Part shown: positions 54,778 through 63,319 of the stretch, in pieces
How positions within the stretch are numbered: position 1 is the first letter of the stretch
Layout: each line of letters starts with the position of its first letter
Virus record (IMG/VR): IMGVR_UViG_3300047160_036266
Location: 279,422-343,421 of that record
Direction: 5' to 3' (one strand)
Length of the DNA stretch: 64,000 nucleotides
Source: a virus
Lineage: Duplodnaviria; Caudoviricetes
The notes under the pieces: generated by a model
What the model was told of the DNA's origin: nothing
What the model saw: only the letters and a program-made list of their open reading frames with translations
Database searches by the model: none
Position numbers and translations under genes: made by a program

Positions 54778-55531
54778 CCGAGTGACATTCACCGGGGCGG
54801 ATGATTCTGTGACCCCCGCACAGTTGGCGCGTGTTCAGGAGGAATGCCCCCGGATCGAGTGGGGCATCCTCCTCAGCAAAAGCATGGAAGGCAAAGGAAC
54901 TCGGTTTCCCAGCCGCAACTGGCTCGACAACCTTGCCAAACGCGAAGTATACTTGCCTATGCTTAGCGGCCACCTGGGCGGGCGGTGGGTACGCGAACTG
55001 ATCGCCGGCAGGTTTACCTACCGTGAGGAGCGGCCCAACCACTTTGCCATTTGGCACCGGATGCAGTTGAATTTCCACGGCGAGCGGCTGGAGCCAGTCG
55101 AGGCGTTTTACTGGCAGTTGGCGTCTTGCCACGATGAGAAGACGTTCATCTTCCAGATCGACGGCGTGAACGACTGGTTGTACTACGCCCCCGACGAGCC
55201 TTCGGACGACCCACGGGCTGTGCAGGGCGGGGCAATGGCCCACGGCCTCAACGCCCTGCCACTCTTGGACAACAGCCACGGGGAGGGGCTGCTACCGGAA
55301 CGGTGGATTCCCATACCACACCGGGAAGTCCTGACGGGCTATGCCGGCGGGTTGGGTCCGGCGAACCTGGCCGACGAACTGAAGCGGATCGAGGATGCCG
55401 TGGGCGAAGGCGTTATCTGGATTGACTTTGAAACCAGGGTCCGTAGCGATGACGACATCTTGTTCGACCTGGACAAGTGCCGCCGTTGCTACGACATCGC
55501 CCAACAATGGCTTCGCCCAAAGGAGGAGTAA
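54767..55531 (+). CDS. Phosphoribosylanthranilate-isomerase-like TIM-barrel protein (phage type)
   Basis: VTFTGADD, LLDNSHGEG, GYAGGLGPANL and WIDFETRVRS. Confidence 0.7.
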   Translation: MLIDRVTFTGADDSVTPAQLARVQEECPRIEWGILLSKSMEGKGTRFPSRNWLDNLAKREVYLPMLSGHLGGRWVRELIAGRFTYREERPNHFAIWHRMQLNFHGERLEPVEAFYWQLASCHDEKTFIFQIDGVNDWLYYAPDEPSDDPRAVQGGAMAHGLNALPLLDNSHGEGLLPERWIPIPHREVLTGYAGGLGPANLADELKRIEDAVGEGVIWIDFETRVRSDDDILFDLDKCRRCYDIAQQWLRPKEE

Positions 55532-55532
55532 C

Positions 55533-55991
55533 GTGGCATTACGAGATGAACTGCGTTCCAAGCTGACCCAGGCGATGAAGGGCAAGGACGAGCAGGCGAA
55601 AAACCTGCTCCGTCTGGTTATTGGGGAGGTTGATACGGTTGACGCCCGCCAGGGCAAGTGCGCCGACGAGGCGGCGGACACCCAGCGGATTGCCGGCGTC
55701 ATCAAGAAGATCATGGAGGGCAATGCCGAAACCATCCGCCAGATCGGCAAAATCCTCGACCCACGGGTGCATCAGTTGATCCAAGAGAATTCCTATCTCA
55801 AGCAACTGCTGCCGCCCACGCTGTCAGACGAAGAGCTTCGCCCCATCCTGGCGGAAGTGGCCGACAATATCAAGTCGGCCAAGAATGAAGGCCAGGCTAC
55901 CGGAATCGCCATGAAGCATCTGAAGACCAAGGGTGTGGCCAACGCCGAATCGAGCATGGTGATCGCCCTGGTCAAAGAACTGCGGGGGTGA
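55533..55991 (+). CDS. yqeY: GatB/YqeY-domain protein
   Basis: GTG start after AAGGAGGAG; LTQAMKGKD...LLRLVIGE...LKQLLPPTLSDEEL...GIAMKHLK. Confidence 0.85.
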   Translation: MALRDELRSKLTQAMKGKDEQAKNLLRLVIGEVDTVDARQGKCADEAADTQRIAGVIKKIMEGNAETIRQIGKILDPRVHQLIQENSYLKQLLPPTLSDEELRPILAEVADNIKSAKNEGQATGIAMKHLKTKGVANAESSMVIALVKELRG

Positions 55992-56494
55992 TTATGAAGA
56001 AACCCACGGCCAACTGCAAGCACGCCCACTTCGAGATCGAGCATAAGTGGCACTATTCACAGGAGGAAGTTGACGAAGGCGTGGGGTGTTGGGCCTGTGG
56101 CGGCGTCCTCGTGCGCAGTGGCAGGAAGCCTTTCACCGAACTGGATCAGTTCGGCATGGAGGACAAACTCCGGGCCGAGTGCGAGGCCGACCCCAAAAAA
56201 GCCCAGGAAGTTCTGGCCTTCATGAACCGCCCAGAATATACCTGTCCGCCCTGCGAACATAAGCGCATCCAGGGCTTCAAACAGTTGGACCGCTCCAAGG
56301 GCATCGACATCAAGGAGTTGATCGAGGAGTTGCGTGGCCGTAAGGGGCGGCTCAAGTATTACTACGACACCCTGGAACGAATCCGGGAAGTGGAAGCCTG
56401 CGTGCCGGATTGTCCCTACCGGGAACGGCTGCCGCAGTGGTACAAAAACCTGGATGATGTCAACAAGAAGATCGAGGGCTTTGACGATGATTGA
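55988..56494 (+). CDS. Cys-containing hypothetical protein (168 aa)
   Basis: CWAC and CPPC; operon packing. Confidence 0.7.
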   Translation: MIMKKPTANCKHAHFEIEHKWHYSQEEVDEGVGCWACGGVLVRSGRKPFTELDQFGMEDKLRAECEADPKKAQEVLAFMNRPEYTCPPCEHKRIQGFKQLDRSKGIDIKELIEELRGRKGRLKYYYDTLERIREVEACVPDCPYRERLPQWYKNLDDVNKKIEGFDDD

Positions 56495-56873
56495 AATGCG
56501 CTACAACAAGGGTGGCGGCGACAAAATCTACTTCTTCGGCCTCAACGACTCCGATCTGGAGCGTTTGAAGCAGGAGAAGATGATCGTCCTCAGCGACAAC
56601 CGCCTGCACCCCACCCGCATGGAATATGTGGAGCCGGGGGCGGCGTGCATCGAGGTCGATCAGATGACCACCACCGTCTGCAAGGTCGATGACGAGTTCC
56701 TGGCGAAGCTCCAGCGTTTCGCCAAACACAACGAACCCGCAGCCACCTTCCCGCTGCCCCGGTTCGGCCACTCCGGCTGTCTGGCCTACGGCAAGACGGA
56801 CGAGGAGTGCGAGAAAAACATCAAGCGCCGTCTGGCAGTGGGCCAAATGGCGGCGGAATGGACGCCCAGGTAA
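56487..56873 (+). CDS. Hypothetical protein (128 aa)
   Basis: Start moved to MIEMRY after GAGG. Confidence 0.7.
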   Translation: MIEMRYNKGGGDKIYFFGLNDSDLERLKQEKMIVLSDNRLHPTRMEYVEPGAACIEVDQMTTTVCKVDDEFLAKLQRFAKHNEPAATFPLPRFGHSGCLAYGKTDEECEKNIKRRLAVGQMAAEWTPR

Positions 56874-56897
56874 CTCTACTAGAGATATGGGGGGTTG

Positions 56898-57665
56898 ATG
56901 CAATCCATCTGTTCGTGGTGCAAGAAAGATTTAGGACCACGCGAACCGCTCGATAACCCGGCCATCACCCACGGCATCTGCCCGGATTGCCAGCAGGAAC
57001 AAATTCGGGAAATCGAAGCCTACCAGCACAAGCAACAGGAGACGACAGCTATGTATGAACGCTTTACCGACCGTGCCCGCAAGGTCTTGCAGTTGGCCAA
57101 CCAGGAGGCCCAGCGGCTCAATCACGAATATATCGGCACCGAACACGTCCTCATGGGACTCCTCAAAGAAGGGTCCGGGGTCGCCGCCAACGTCCTGAAG
57201 AACCTGGACATTTCGCTCTACAAGGCCGAAGAACTCATCAAGCGCATCGTCCAGCCCGGCCCCGATGAAGTGACGATGGGCAAACTGCCCCAGACGCCCC
57301 GCTGCAAGAAGGTCATCGAGTACGCCATCGAGGAAGCCCGCACAATGGGCCTCAACTACCTCGGCACCGAACATCTGCTGCTGGGCCTGCTGCGGGAGAA
57401 GGAAGGCATTGCGGCCCAAGTGCTGGTCGAGTGCGGCAGCAACCTCGATGCCGTTCGGGATGAGGTTCTGCTGCTGATCGGCAAGGCGGAACCCAAGGAT
57501 GCCAAGGCCAAGCAGCGGCTCAACGACCACTACGGTGCCGTTGTTGCCCGCATCAAGGAACTGTGCGGGGAGGCGGACCCCAAGGATGCGTTCGAGCGCA
57601 TCCTGACGGCGATCAAAGTCTTTCAGGAGTCGGAGCCGCCGGCTGCCCCGGATTTGACCATTTAA
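56898..57665 (+). CDS. Stand-alone Clp N-terminal (Clp-repeat) domain protein with an N-terminal CxxC...HGxCxxC module; no AAA+ domain
   Basis: CSWC...THGICPDC, then MYERFTDRARKVLQLANQEAQRLNHEYIGTEH...TPRCKKVIEYAIEEA...GTEHLLLGLLRE. Confidence 0.88.
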   Translation: MQSICSWCKKDLGPREPLDNPAITHGICPDCQQEQIREIEAYQHKQQETTAMYERFTDRARKVLQLANQEAQRLNHEYIGTEHVLMGLLKEGSGVAANVLKNLDISLYKAEELIKRIVQPGPDEVTMGKLPQTPRCKKVIEYAIEEARTMGLNYLGTEHLLLGLLREKEGIAAQVLVECGSNLDAVRDEVLLLIGKAEPKDAKAKQRLNDHYGAVVARIKELCGEADPKDAFERILTAIKVFQESEPPAAPDLTI

Positions 57666-57674
57666 CGGAGGAAC

Positions 57675-58544
57675 ATGGATTATATTGTTTCGGCAGAGGA
57701 CACCCCCTACTACCACTGGCAACTCGAACTGCTGATAGAGAGCTTCAAGAGGCACGGTCTTCAGGACCGCCTCTTGATAGCTCTCGCCAGCGGTGACGCA
57801 ACCCGCTCCCCGGACCTTTCCCAGAAGAATCTCGCCAACCACCCCCGGCTTTTCACCTTCGATAACATTGGCCGCAAGCGGGGCTATCCCTATCTCAACA
57901 AGCCCTACGCCGTGGCCACGGCGGTCAGGCAGGACAAGATCAAGCAGCCGTTCGCCGTTATTGATCCCGACATGGTGCTGTTCGTCCCCCTGCGCCCGGA
58001 AAAAGAACCCCTGGCGTTCCAGGTGAACCCCTTCTTTAACGTGGAACTGGTCCGGCAACACGTCCCCGACATCCAAGACCACCTGACCCGTATCTCCGGC
58101 AAGCCGGACCATTGGTTCCCGGTGGGCAGCGTTTATAATTTCAACGGCATTCCCTCCGAGATATTCAACCGGGTCGTTTCCTGGGCGGAACTGCTGGCCT
58201 TCGACAGTTCCAAAGCTCAGGTGGAGGCCAAAAAGCCGATTGTTTACTGGCGCTACCTGGAGCGGGTCGGCTGGGCGCTGGCCTTCTTGGATTATCTCGG
58301 CAAGGTGCCTTACCGGGCGACCCACACTTATGAGATGGCCCTGCTGGACCATAACATTCAGCACAATTTCATCCACTACACCAACGGCCAGCCGCCGGTC
58401 TTCAGCAAGCACCTTTTCAAATTCGAGCCGCCCGTCTTCCTGACCGGAGCAGCCTCCCCGTTCGAGGCGCTGCTGAGCGAGTCCCCCACCACCACCAGCG
58501 TGTATATGCAGCAGATTGTAAAGTCATATCTGGGTCTGGCTTGA
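57675..58544 (+). CDS. Plant-type peptidyl O-glycosyltransferase-like protein (HPAT GT95 / SGT1 GT96-like)
   Basis: VSAEDTPYYHWQLELLIESF, YPYLNKPYAV and VIDPDMVL (DxD). Confidence 0.6.
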   Translation: MDYIVSAEDTPYYHWQLELLIESFKRHGLQDRLLIALASGDATRSPDLSQKNLANHPRLFTFDNIGRKRGYPYLNKPYAVATAVRQDKIKQPFAVIDPDMVLFVPLRPEKEPLAFQVNPFFNVELVRQHVPDIQDHLTRISGKPDHWFPVGSVYNFNGIPSEIFNRVVSWAELLAFDSSKAQVEAKKPIVYWRYLERVGWALAFLDYLGKVPYRATHTYEMALLDHNIQHNFIHYTNGQPPVFSKHLFKFEPPVFLTGAASPFEALLSESPTTTSVYMQQIVKSYLGLA

Positions 58545-58549
58545 TTGGC

Positions 58550-58578
58550 TAGACAGAGCAAAATCTGAAGGTTATTAT
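58550..58578 (+). promoter_or_regulatory. sigma70-type promoter
   Basis: TAGACA, 17 nt, TATTAT. Confidence 0.65.
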
Positions 58579-58602
58579 GTAGATACCATGCGAAAGGAGG
58601 CC

Positions 58603-59253
58603 ATGAACATGATAGCCGCATTGTACACGCACGGACGGTGTGTAACCGGGCGTCACCACGGCGAAGCCTTTGAGAAACTTTCTGACACGGAACGGGACGA
58701 AGAACTGCTGAGCGGCTTCCTCGACACGGAAACCGGCAAGTTTGTCACGGACGGCATTTACTTCTATCTCAAGCGACTCCTCCTCATCCGCCACGGCGAG
58801 TACGAGCCGGAGGGCGACGACCCGCCCATCAATAATGATGGTGTGGAACACTTGCGCCACCTGGGCGAGTGCCTGTCGCATCTCGACCTGGGCGGCTACC
58901 TCTGCTACACCAGCCCGCTGCGCCGTTGCCGGCAGTCGGCGGCGATCCTGTCCTCGCAGGCCCACATGCACTTCACCGTGGATGACGACATCCGGGAGTG
59001 GGAGGACAACGAGCCGCTGGAACACTTCCGCCAACGCATTGTCCACGTCATCGAACACCTGCCCAGCAAGGCCCTGCTCCTCACCCACTGTGATTTTATT
59101 CTGCACCTGGCTTATATTGCCACCGGCGAAAGCCTGCATTTTGAAAACCGTGCCGTACCCACCGGCAGCGTAACCGTTATTCACGACGACAAGATTTTGT
59201 GCGTCGGCCAGGAGGCCGAAGTGCTGGAAAATTCACAGGCCATGCTGTTATAA
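58603..59253 (+). CDS. Histidine phosphatase (PGM family) with an extra N-terminal domain
   Basis: LIRHGE, YTSPLRRCRQSA and LLLTH; start after AAGGAGG. Confidence 0.85.
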   Translation: MNMIAALYTHGRCVTGRHHGEAFEKLSDTERDEELLSGFLDTETGKFVTDGIYFYLKRLLLIRHGEYEPEGDDPPINNDGVEHLRHLGECLSHLDLGGYLCYTSPLRRCRQSAAILSSQAHMHFTVDDDIREWEDNEPLEHFRQRIVHVIEHLPSKALLLTHCDFILHLAYIATGESLHFENRAVPTGSVTVIHDDKILCVGQEAEVLENSQAMLL

Positions 59254-59254
59254 T
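59246..59254 (+). promoter_or_regulatory. Extended -10 promoter upstream of clpP
   Basis: TG-T-TATAAT, 14 nt before the ATG. Confidence 0.55.
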
Positions 59255-59268
59255 GGGGAAGGTGAACC

Positions 59269-59895
59269 ATGCACAGATATATGATTGTCGATCCCAAGAT
59301 ACGGGCAAAACGGGCGGACCTGCTGGACGAGCCGGTGGTCATTCGCCTCAACAAACACTTCAACGAGGAAATGGCCGAGAAGTTCGCCACCGAGATGTCC
59401 AAGGCGCACGAAACCGGCCAAACCATTATCCCCATCGTGCTGGACAGCTTCGGCGGCGAGGTTTATTCCCTGCTGGACATGATCTCGCAAATCCAGAACT
59501 CCCGCCTCCCCGTCGCCACCATTGTCGAGGGCAAGGCCATGAGCGCCGGGGCCATGCTCTACGGCTTCGGCTGGAACGGCTACCGCTACATGGCGGAAAA
59601 CGCCACGCTCATGATCCATGACGTGTCCTCCTGGCACGGCGGCAAGGTCGAAGAAATCAAGGCCGACGCCAAGGAGACGGAACGGCTGCATAAACTCATC
59701 TTCGGGATGCTCGCCAAGCACCTGGGCAAGAAGGAGGATTATTTCCTCAATATCATCCACGACAAGGGCCACGCCGAATGGTACGTCACCGCCAAGGAGG
59801 CCAAGCGGCACGGCCTGTGCAACCACATCGGCGTTCCCGAATACAAGGTTGAAATAAATCTCAACCACAAATTTGGCTTGCCAGGAGCGAAGTAA
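59269..59895 (+). CDS. clpP: ClpP-family protease
   Basis: DSFGGEV, GKAMSAG (Ser), LMIHD (His) and EWYVTAKEA. Confidence 0.9.
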   Translation: MHRYMIVDPKIRAKRADLLDEPVVIRLNKHFNEEMAEKFATEMSKAHETGQTIIPIVLDSFGGEVYSLLDMISQIQNSRLPVATIVEGKAMSAGAMLYGFGWNGYRYMAENATLMIHDVSSWHGGKVEEIKADAKETERLHKLIFGMLAKHLGKKEDYFLNIIHDKGHAEWYVTAKEAKRHGLCNHIGVPEYKVEINLNHKFGLPGAK

Positions 59896-59912
59896 ACCCT
59901 TAAAATGCCTGT

Positions 59913-60146
59913 GTGTATACCAGACGTTACATCAAACCAGACGGGGCCGAAGTAACCGAACGATACCAAAGCTGGTCGGAGACGATGTTCGAGCAACTTT
60001 GGCTAAGTCTGGCCTACACCTTCGTGGGACTTATCGGCTTCTTCTCGCTGCCTTTCGTGGGGGTGTATCGGTGGTTCCGGCCAGTCCAGCTAAGTTACGG
60101 CGAACATAAAGCAGGCATGGAGGCAAATCATGAACGGCCTGGTTGA
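59913..60146 (+). CDS. Small membrane protein
   Basis: One hydrophobic stretch; weak start. Confidence 0.45.
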   Translation: MYTRRYIKPDGAEVTERYQSWSETMFEQLWLSLAYTFVGLIGFFSLPFVGVYRWFRPVQLSYGEHKAGMEANHERPG

Positions 60147-60363
60147 TTATACCTCGCAACAGTTGGTCGAGGAACTGACCAATCGCCAGACGTGGGTAGG
60201 GCTGGTCATCCACTCGGAAAACGAGGCACGACCGCCCTACACCAGCTACCACCGCAACTTCGCCTTACGCTTCAACACCGAAACGCTCAACCTCGCTGTC
60301 GTGCGCACCCTGCTCGAAGAGGTTTTGGAGAATCTTCCTCAGTTTGAGGACGCTTCTCCTTGA
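60130..60363 (+). CDS. Hypothetical protein (77 aa)
   Basis: GGAGG RBS. Confidence 0.7.
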   Translation: MNGLVDYTSQQLVEELTNRQTWVGLVIHSENEARPPYTSYHRNFALRFNTETLNLAVVRTLLEEVLENLPQFEDASP

Positions 60364-60391
60364 TCCTCACTTTTATTACGGAGCCTCCACC

Positions 60392-60682
60392 ATGATTCTC
60401 CGGCCCAAAAAGCAGCACTCCCAAAAAGCCTTCGAGCGCATCACCGACTATGAAGCCCGCTTCATCTCGGAGGCTTACGCCAACGGCACGCCGCCCTGCC
60501 CCGACTGCCAAAAAGGCCAGTTCCTCGGCGGACCCCAGGGCGGGGCCTCGCAAAACGTCCGCTGCAACTCCTGCGGGGCCGAGTTCAACCTCTGCCTGTG
60601 GGGCAACCTGTGCATCGGGGAACGCATCACCGACCGGGGCACCGTGGATCATTCACGCGACCAGTTCTACCCCAAGGAATAA
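60392..60682 (+). CDS. Zn-ribbon protein
   Basis: CPDC...GPQGGASQNVRCNSC; start moved after GGAG. Confidence 0.7.
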   Translation: MILRPKKQHSQKAFERITDYEARFISEAYANGTPPCPDCQKGQFLGGPQGGASQNVRCNSCGAEFNLCLWGNLCIGERITDRGTVDHSRDQFYPKE

Positions 60683-60685
60683 ACC

Positions 60686-61009
60686 ATGCTACCCGTTCTC
60701 CTCCTCTTCCTGGCTCCCTCGGACGTGAGCTTCAGCCCCGCCCGACTCGAAAAAGACCTCCTCGGCTACACCGTCAGCGTCGATAAAAAAGACTGGACCT
60801 TCTCCAACAGTCCGGGCGACCATACCAAAGTCAAGACCATCAAAGGGTTTACAGTCACACCCCGGAAGCTGTCCGTGGACGTGGAGTTGGACTGTCATTT
60901 ATGCTGACCTTCGCGTGACATGGGTGGAGTTGCCACCCTGCACTACCGGCGGGAGTGGGGCGAGTGGAAGCTGGACAAGATCGACGCCTCGAAACTCAAG
61001 CGGGAATAG
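60686..61009 (+). pseudogene. Exported protein gene interrupted by one in-frame TGA (60905-60907), or read through
   Basis: The same frame continues ...DCHLC*PSRDMGGVATLHYRREWGEWKLDKIDASKLKRE*. Confidence 0.45.
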
Positions 61010-61056
61010 TTTACAAAACCTTCTTCTTTCACCTACAGTCCACCTGGAGTCCTGTC

Positions 61057-61437
61057 ATGAGGCTCGTACCGCTGCTGTCGCTCTTGCTGCTCCTGCTCCT
61101 GGCGGGGTGTTCGCCCACGGAGCCGGGCTTGCGGGACATGACGCTCATCGAAGGCAAGTGGAAGGTGGTCAGCATCGAGGGCAGCGACCAGAAGGAAGTG
61201 GGCAAGGAAGTCTTTGAAATCAAGAAGGTCGGAGACGGCTGGAAGGCGTACACGGAACACGAGAGCGTTCGCTACGACGTGGACCTGCGCCTGGACACGT
61301 CCACGGCACCCTCGACGCTCCAGTTGGTCAAGGACGGCAAGGTGGTGGGGGCCTTTCGCGTCAAAGTCGAGGGGGAGAAGATGACCTGGAAGGCCACCGA
61401 CGATTCCTACCAGGCGGTGATGGAGAAAGTACCGTGA
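61057..61437 (+). CDS. Lipoprotein, TIGR03067 (planctomycete) / lipocalin-like
   Basis: MRLVPLLSLLLLLLLAGC lipobox; IEGKWKVVSIE...LDTSTAPSTLQL...VEGEKMTW. Confidence 0.65.
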   Translation: MRLVPLLSLLLLLLLAGCSPTEPGLRDMTLIEGKWKVVSIEGSDQKEVGKEVFEIKKVGDGWKAYTEHESVRYDVDLRLDTSTAPSTLQLVKDGKVVGAFRVKVEGEKMTWKATDDSYQAVMEKVP

Positions 61438-61634
61438 CCGACAGACAGAGGCTTATTCTGAAGCTTTCCGTGGGTTTCATGCTGGCCAACATCCGCCGCA
61501 AGGAGTCAACGACCCTGGGCGTGGTGTTGGAGGCGTGCGAGATCGCCGGCCAGCCGTTGGGCGAGGCCAACCCGTTGTTCGGTGTGACGCCCGAAGAGTT
61601 GGAGGAACTGATCCCCCTTTTGGACAAGGAGTGA
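61434..61634 (+). CDS. Hypothetical protein (66 aa)
   Basis: GTGA coupling. Confidence 0.6.
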   Translation: MTDRQRLILKLSVGFMLANIRRKESTTLGVVLEACEIAGQPLGEANPLFGVTPEELEELIPLLDKE

Positions 61635-61637
61635 GTG

Positions 61638-61988
61638 ATGCCGCAGACCATGAAGTTCCCGGTCAAGAAACTGGCGACCCTCATCAAGAAGAACCGGGAC
61701 GACCACCGCAACCAGTTCCTCAAGGCCCAGGAGGGCTACAAGGAGGACTTCCTGAAGGAACTGGAGATGATGCTGGAGGAGGCCCGCAAGGGCAAGCGTT
61801 ACCGTCGTTCTGTCTCCCTGGTCGAGCCGATGGACATGACCAAGGAGTACGACCGCATCCTCAAGATGCTGGAACTGACCGTGGAGGAGGAGATCGAACT
61901 CAACCCGACCGAGTTCGCGCAGTACGTCATGGACGATTGGGGCTGGAAGGCGCAGGTGACGGCGACCAACACGCAGTACATCAAGTAA
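61638..61988 (+). CDS. Hypothetical phage protein (116 aa)
   Basis: AAGGAG RBS; followed by a terminator. Confidence 0.8.
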   Translation: MPQTMKFPVKKLATLIKKNRDDHRNQFLKAQEGYKEDFLKELEMMLEEARKGKRYRRSVSLVEPMDMTKEYDRILKMLELTVEEEIELNPTEFAQYVMDDWGWKAQVTATNTQYIK

Positions 61989-61999
61989 CGGAGGGGCAG

Positions 62000-62031
62000 C
62001 GCCCGCCCTCGGTTGGGGGCGGGCGTTTTTT
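62000..62031 (+). terminator. Rho-independent terminator
   Basis: CGCCCGCCCTC-GGTT-GGGGGCGGGCG followed by TTTTTT. Confidence 0.88.
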
Positions 62032-62048
62032 ATTGGCGGGGGCTAAAT

Positions 62049-62282
62049 ATGGACAAGGTGATCTTGCTGACGCTGGCCTGCCTGATGTATTATTTCCGCA
62101 AGCAGGTGGTGGAGTTTTGTGATTATTATGTCTTCAGCGACACCGACGCCGCCTGTTGGCTGTGCGGCCACCCGAACCGGGTAAGTAGTAACCTGCGTTA
62201 TTTCGAGTGCGGTCGGTGCGGCATGGACAACGGACTTTTTGAGGGGCGTGGGGTTATTCCCCCCATTAAAATACATGAATGA
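62049..62282 (+). CDS. Small Zn-ribbon protein
   Basis: CWLC...CGRC. Confidence 0.6.
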   Translation: MDKVILLTLACLMYYFRKQVVEFCDYYVFSDTDAACWLCGHPNRVSSNLRYFECGRCGMDNGLFEGRGVIPPIKIHE

Positions 62283-62607
62283 GCAACATTACCAGTGTGT
62301 GAAGTGCGGCCTGCCGGTGGCGGGCTTTGTGGAGACGGGGCGTTTGGACCCCGACGACCCCGACCTGTTGGAAGAAGAAGGTTTGTGCGAGTCGCACCTG
62401 GAGGAATATTACAAACCTCTCTATGAGGCGCAAAAGAAGAAATACATTGCCTGGTGGTTGAAGGTCATGGAGAAAAGGCTCAACGCCCGTCCGGGTTATC
62501 GGGACTGTCTGCTGGCGGCGATCAAGGAGAAATACTTTGCACGAGGAGATCAGACGAATCTTACAAAGCCCGGAGTTTCTGGAGGGGCTGAAAGAACGGG
62601 TTGTTGA
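62275..62607 (+). CDS. Cys-containing hypothetical protein
   Basis: CVKC...LCESH; start moved to MNEQH. Confidence 0.6.
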   Translation: MNEQHYQCVKCGLPVAGFVETGRLDPDDPDLLEEEGLCESHLEEYYKPLYEAQKKKYIAWWLKVMEKRLNARPGYRDCLLAAIKEKYFARGDQTNLTKPGVSGGAERTGC

Positions 62608-62791
62608 GGAACAGGCCAAGTGGCAGCGCGAAGCACGCACGATGCTCCAGAAACACTACCCGGAGCATGTTGCTCATAACAGGGGACAACTGGCCGAAGG
62701 GGATTGGGAGTATTTCGACGCGATGTTCGTGTCTTACGAAATAATCTGTGGTTGCGGCTGCCGCCTGCTGGTGACACGGGAGATGCTATGA
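62537..62791 (+). CDS. Hypothetical protein (84 aa)
   Basis: AAGGAG plus TTG start. Confidence 0.55.
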   Translation: MHEEIRRILQSPEFLEGLKERVVEEQAKWQREARTMLQKHYPEHVAHNRGQLAEGDWEYFDAMFVSYEIICGCGCRLLVTREML

Positions 62792-63051
62792 CGCAGGAAG
62801 AGTTTGCCCGCCGGGCTGCGGCATTCTGGGCGCATTTCGACGTGCAGCAGCGGCGGCGCAACCGGGTGATTCTCGTGCAAGTGCTGGTGACGCTCTTGTT
62901 GCTGGGCTTCCAGGTGGCGAGTGTGTGTCTGGGCTGGTTGCCCAGCGAGAGCAACTATGTGTGGATGGCGTTGATTGTGGGCTGGGGGATTTTCTGCATC
63001 CTGTGGATGCGCTGGGTGAACAAAGAGAAGTTCGAGTGGACTGATGAGTGA
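62788..63051 (+). CDS. Two-TM membrane protein
   Basis: ATGA coupling; two hydrophobic helices. Confidence 0.7.
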   Translation: MTQEEFARRAAAFWAHFDVQQRRRNRVILVQVLVTLLLLGFQVASVCLGWLPSESNYVWMALIVGWGIFCILWMRWVNKEKFEWTDE

Positions 63052-63319
63052 CGAATTCTACATCCGGGGCAAGAAATATGTGGACCGCAACGGGGAACTA
63101 TTCCGTTTGGCGTGTCGTTTTCGGGGGACGCGCCACATGGAAGAGGGGAAGCAGATTGCCGAGAGGAAGAGGATCGTTGAGGAGTATCGTGTCGAAGTCG
63201 AACGGCTGATAGCGACGGGGCTGTGGGATTACGCCCCCAACTTTGACGAAATGTTGCCTCATGAGTACATGCCGGCCTGCTTTGACGAATACTGGCTCGG
63301 CAAGAAGGACGAATCATGA
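63044..63319 (+). CDS. Hypothetical protein (91 aa)
   Basis: Operon packing. Confidence 0.7.
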   Translation: MSDEFYIRGKKYVDRNGELFRLACRFRGTRHMEEGKQIAERKRIVEEYRVEVERLIATGLWDYAPNFDEMLPHEYMPACFDEYWLGKKDES

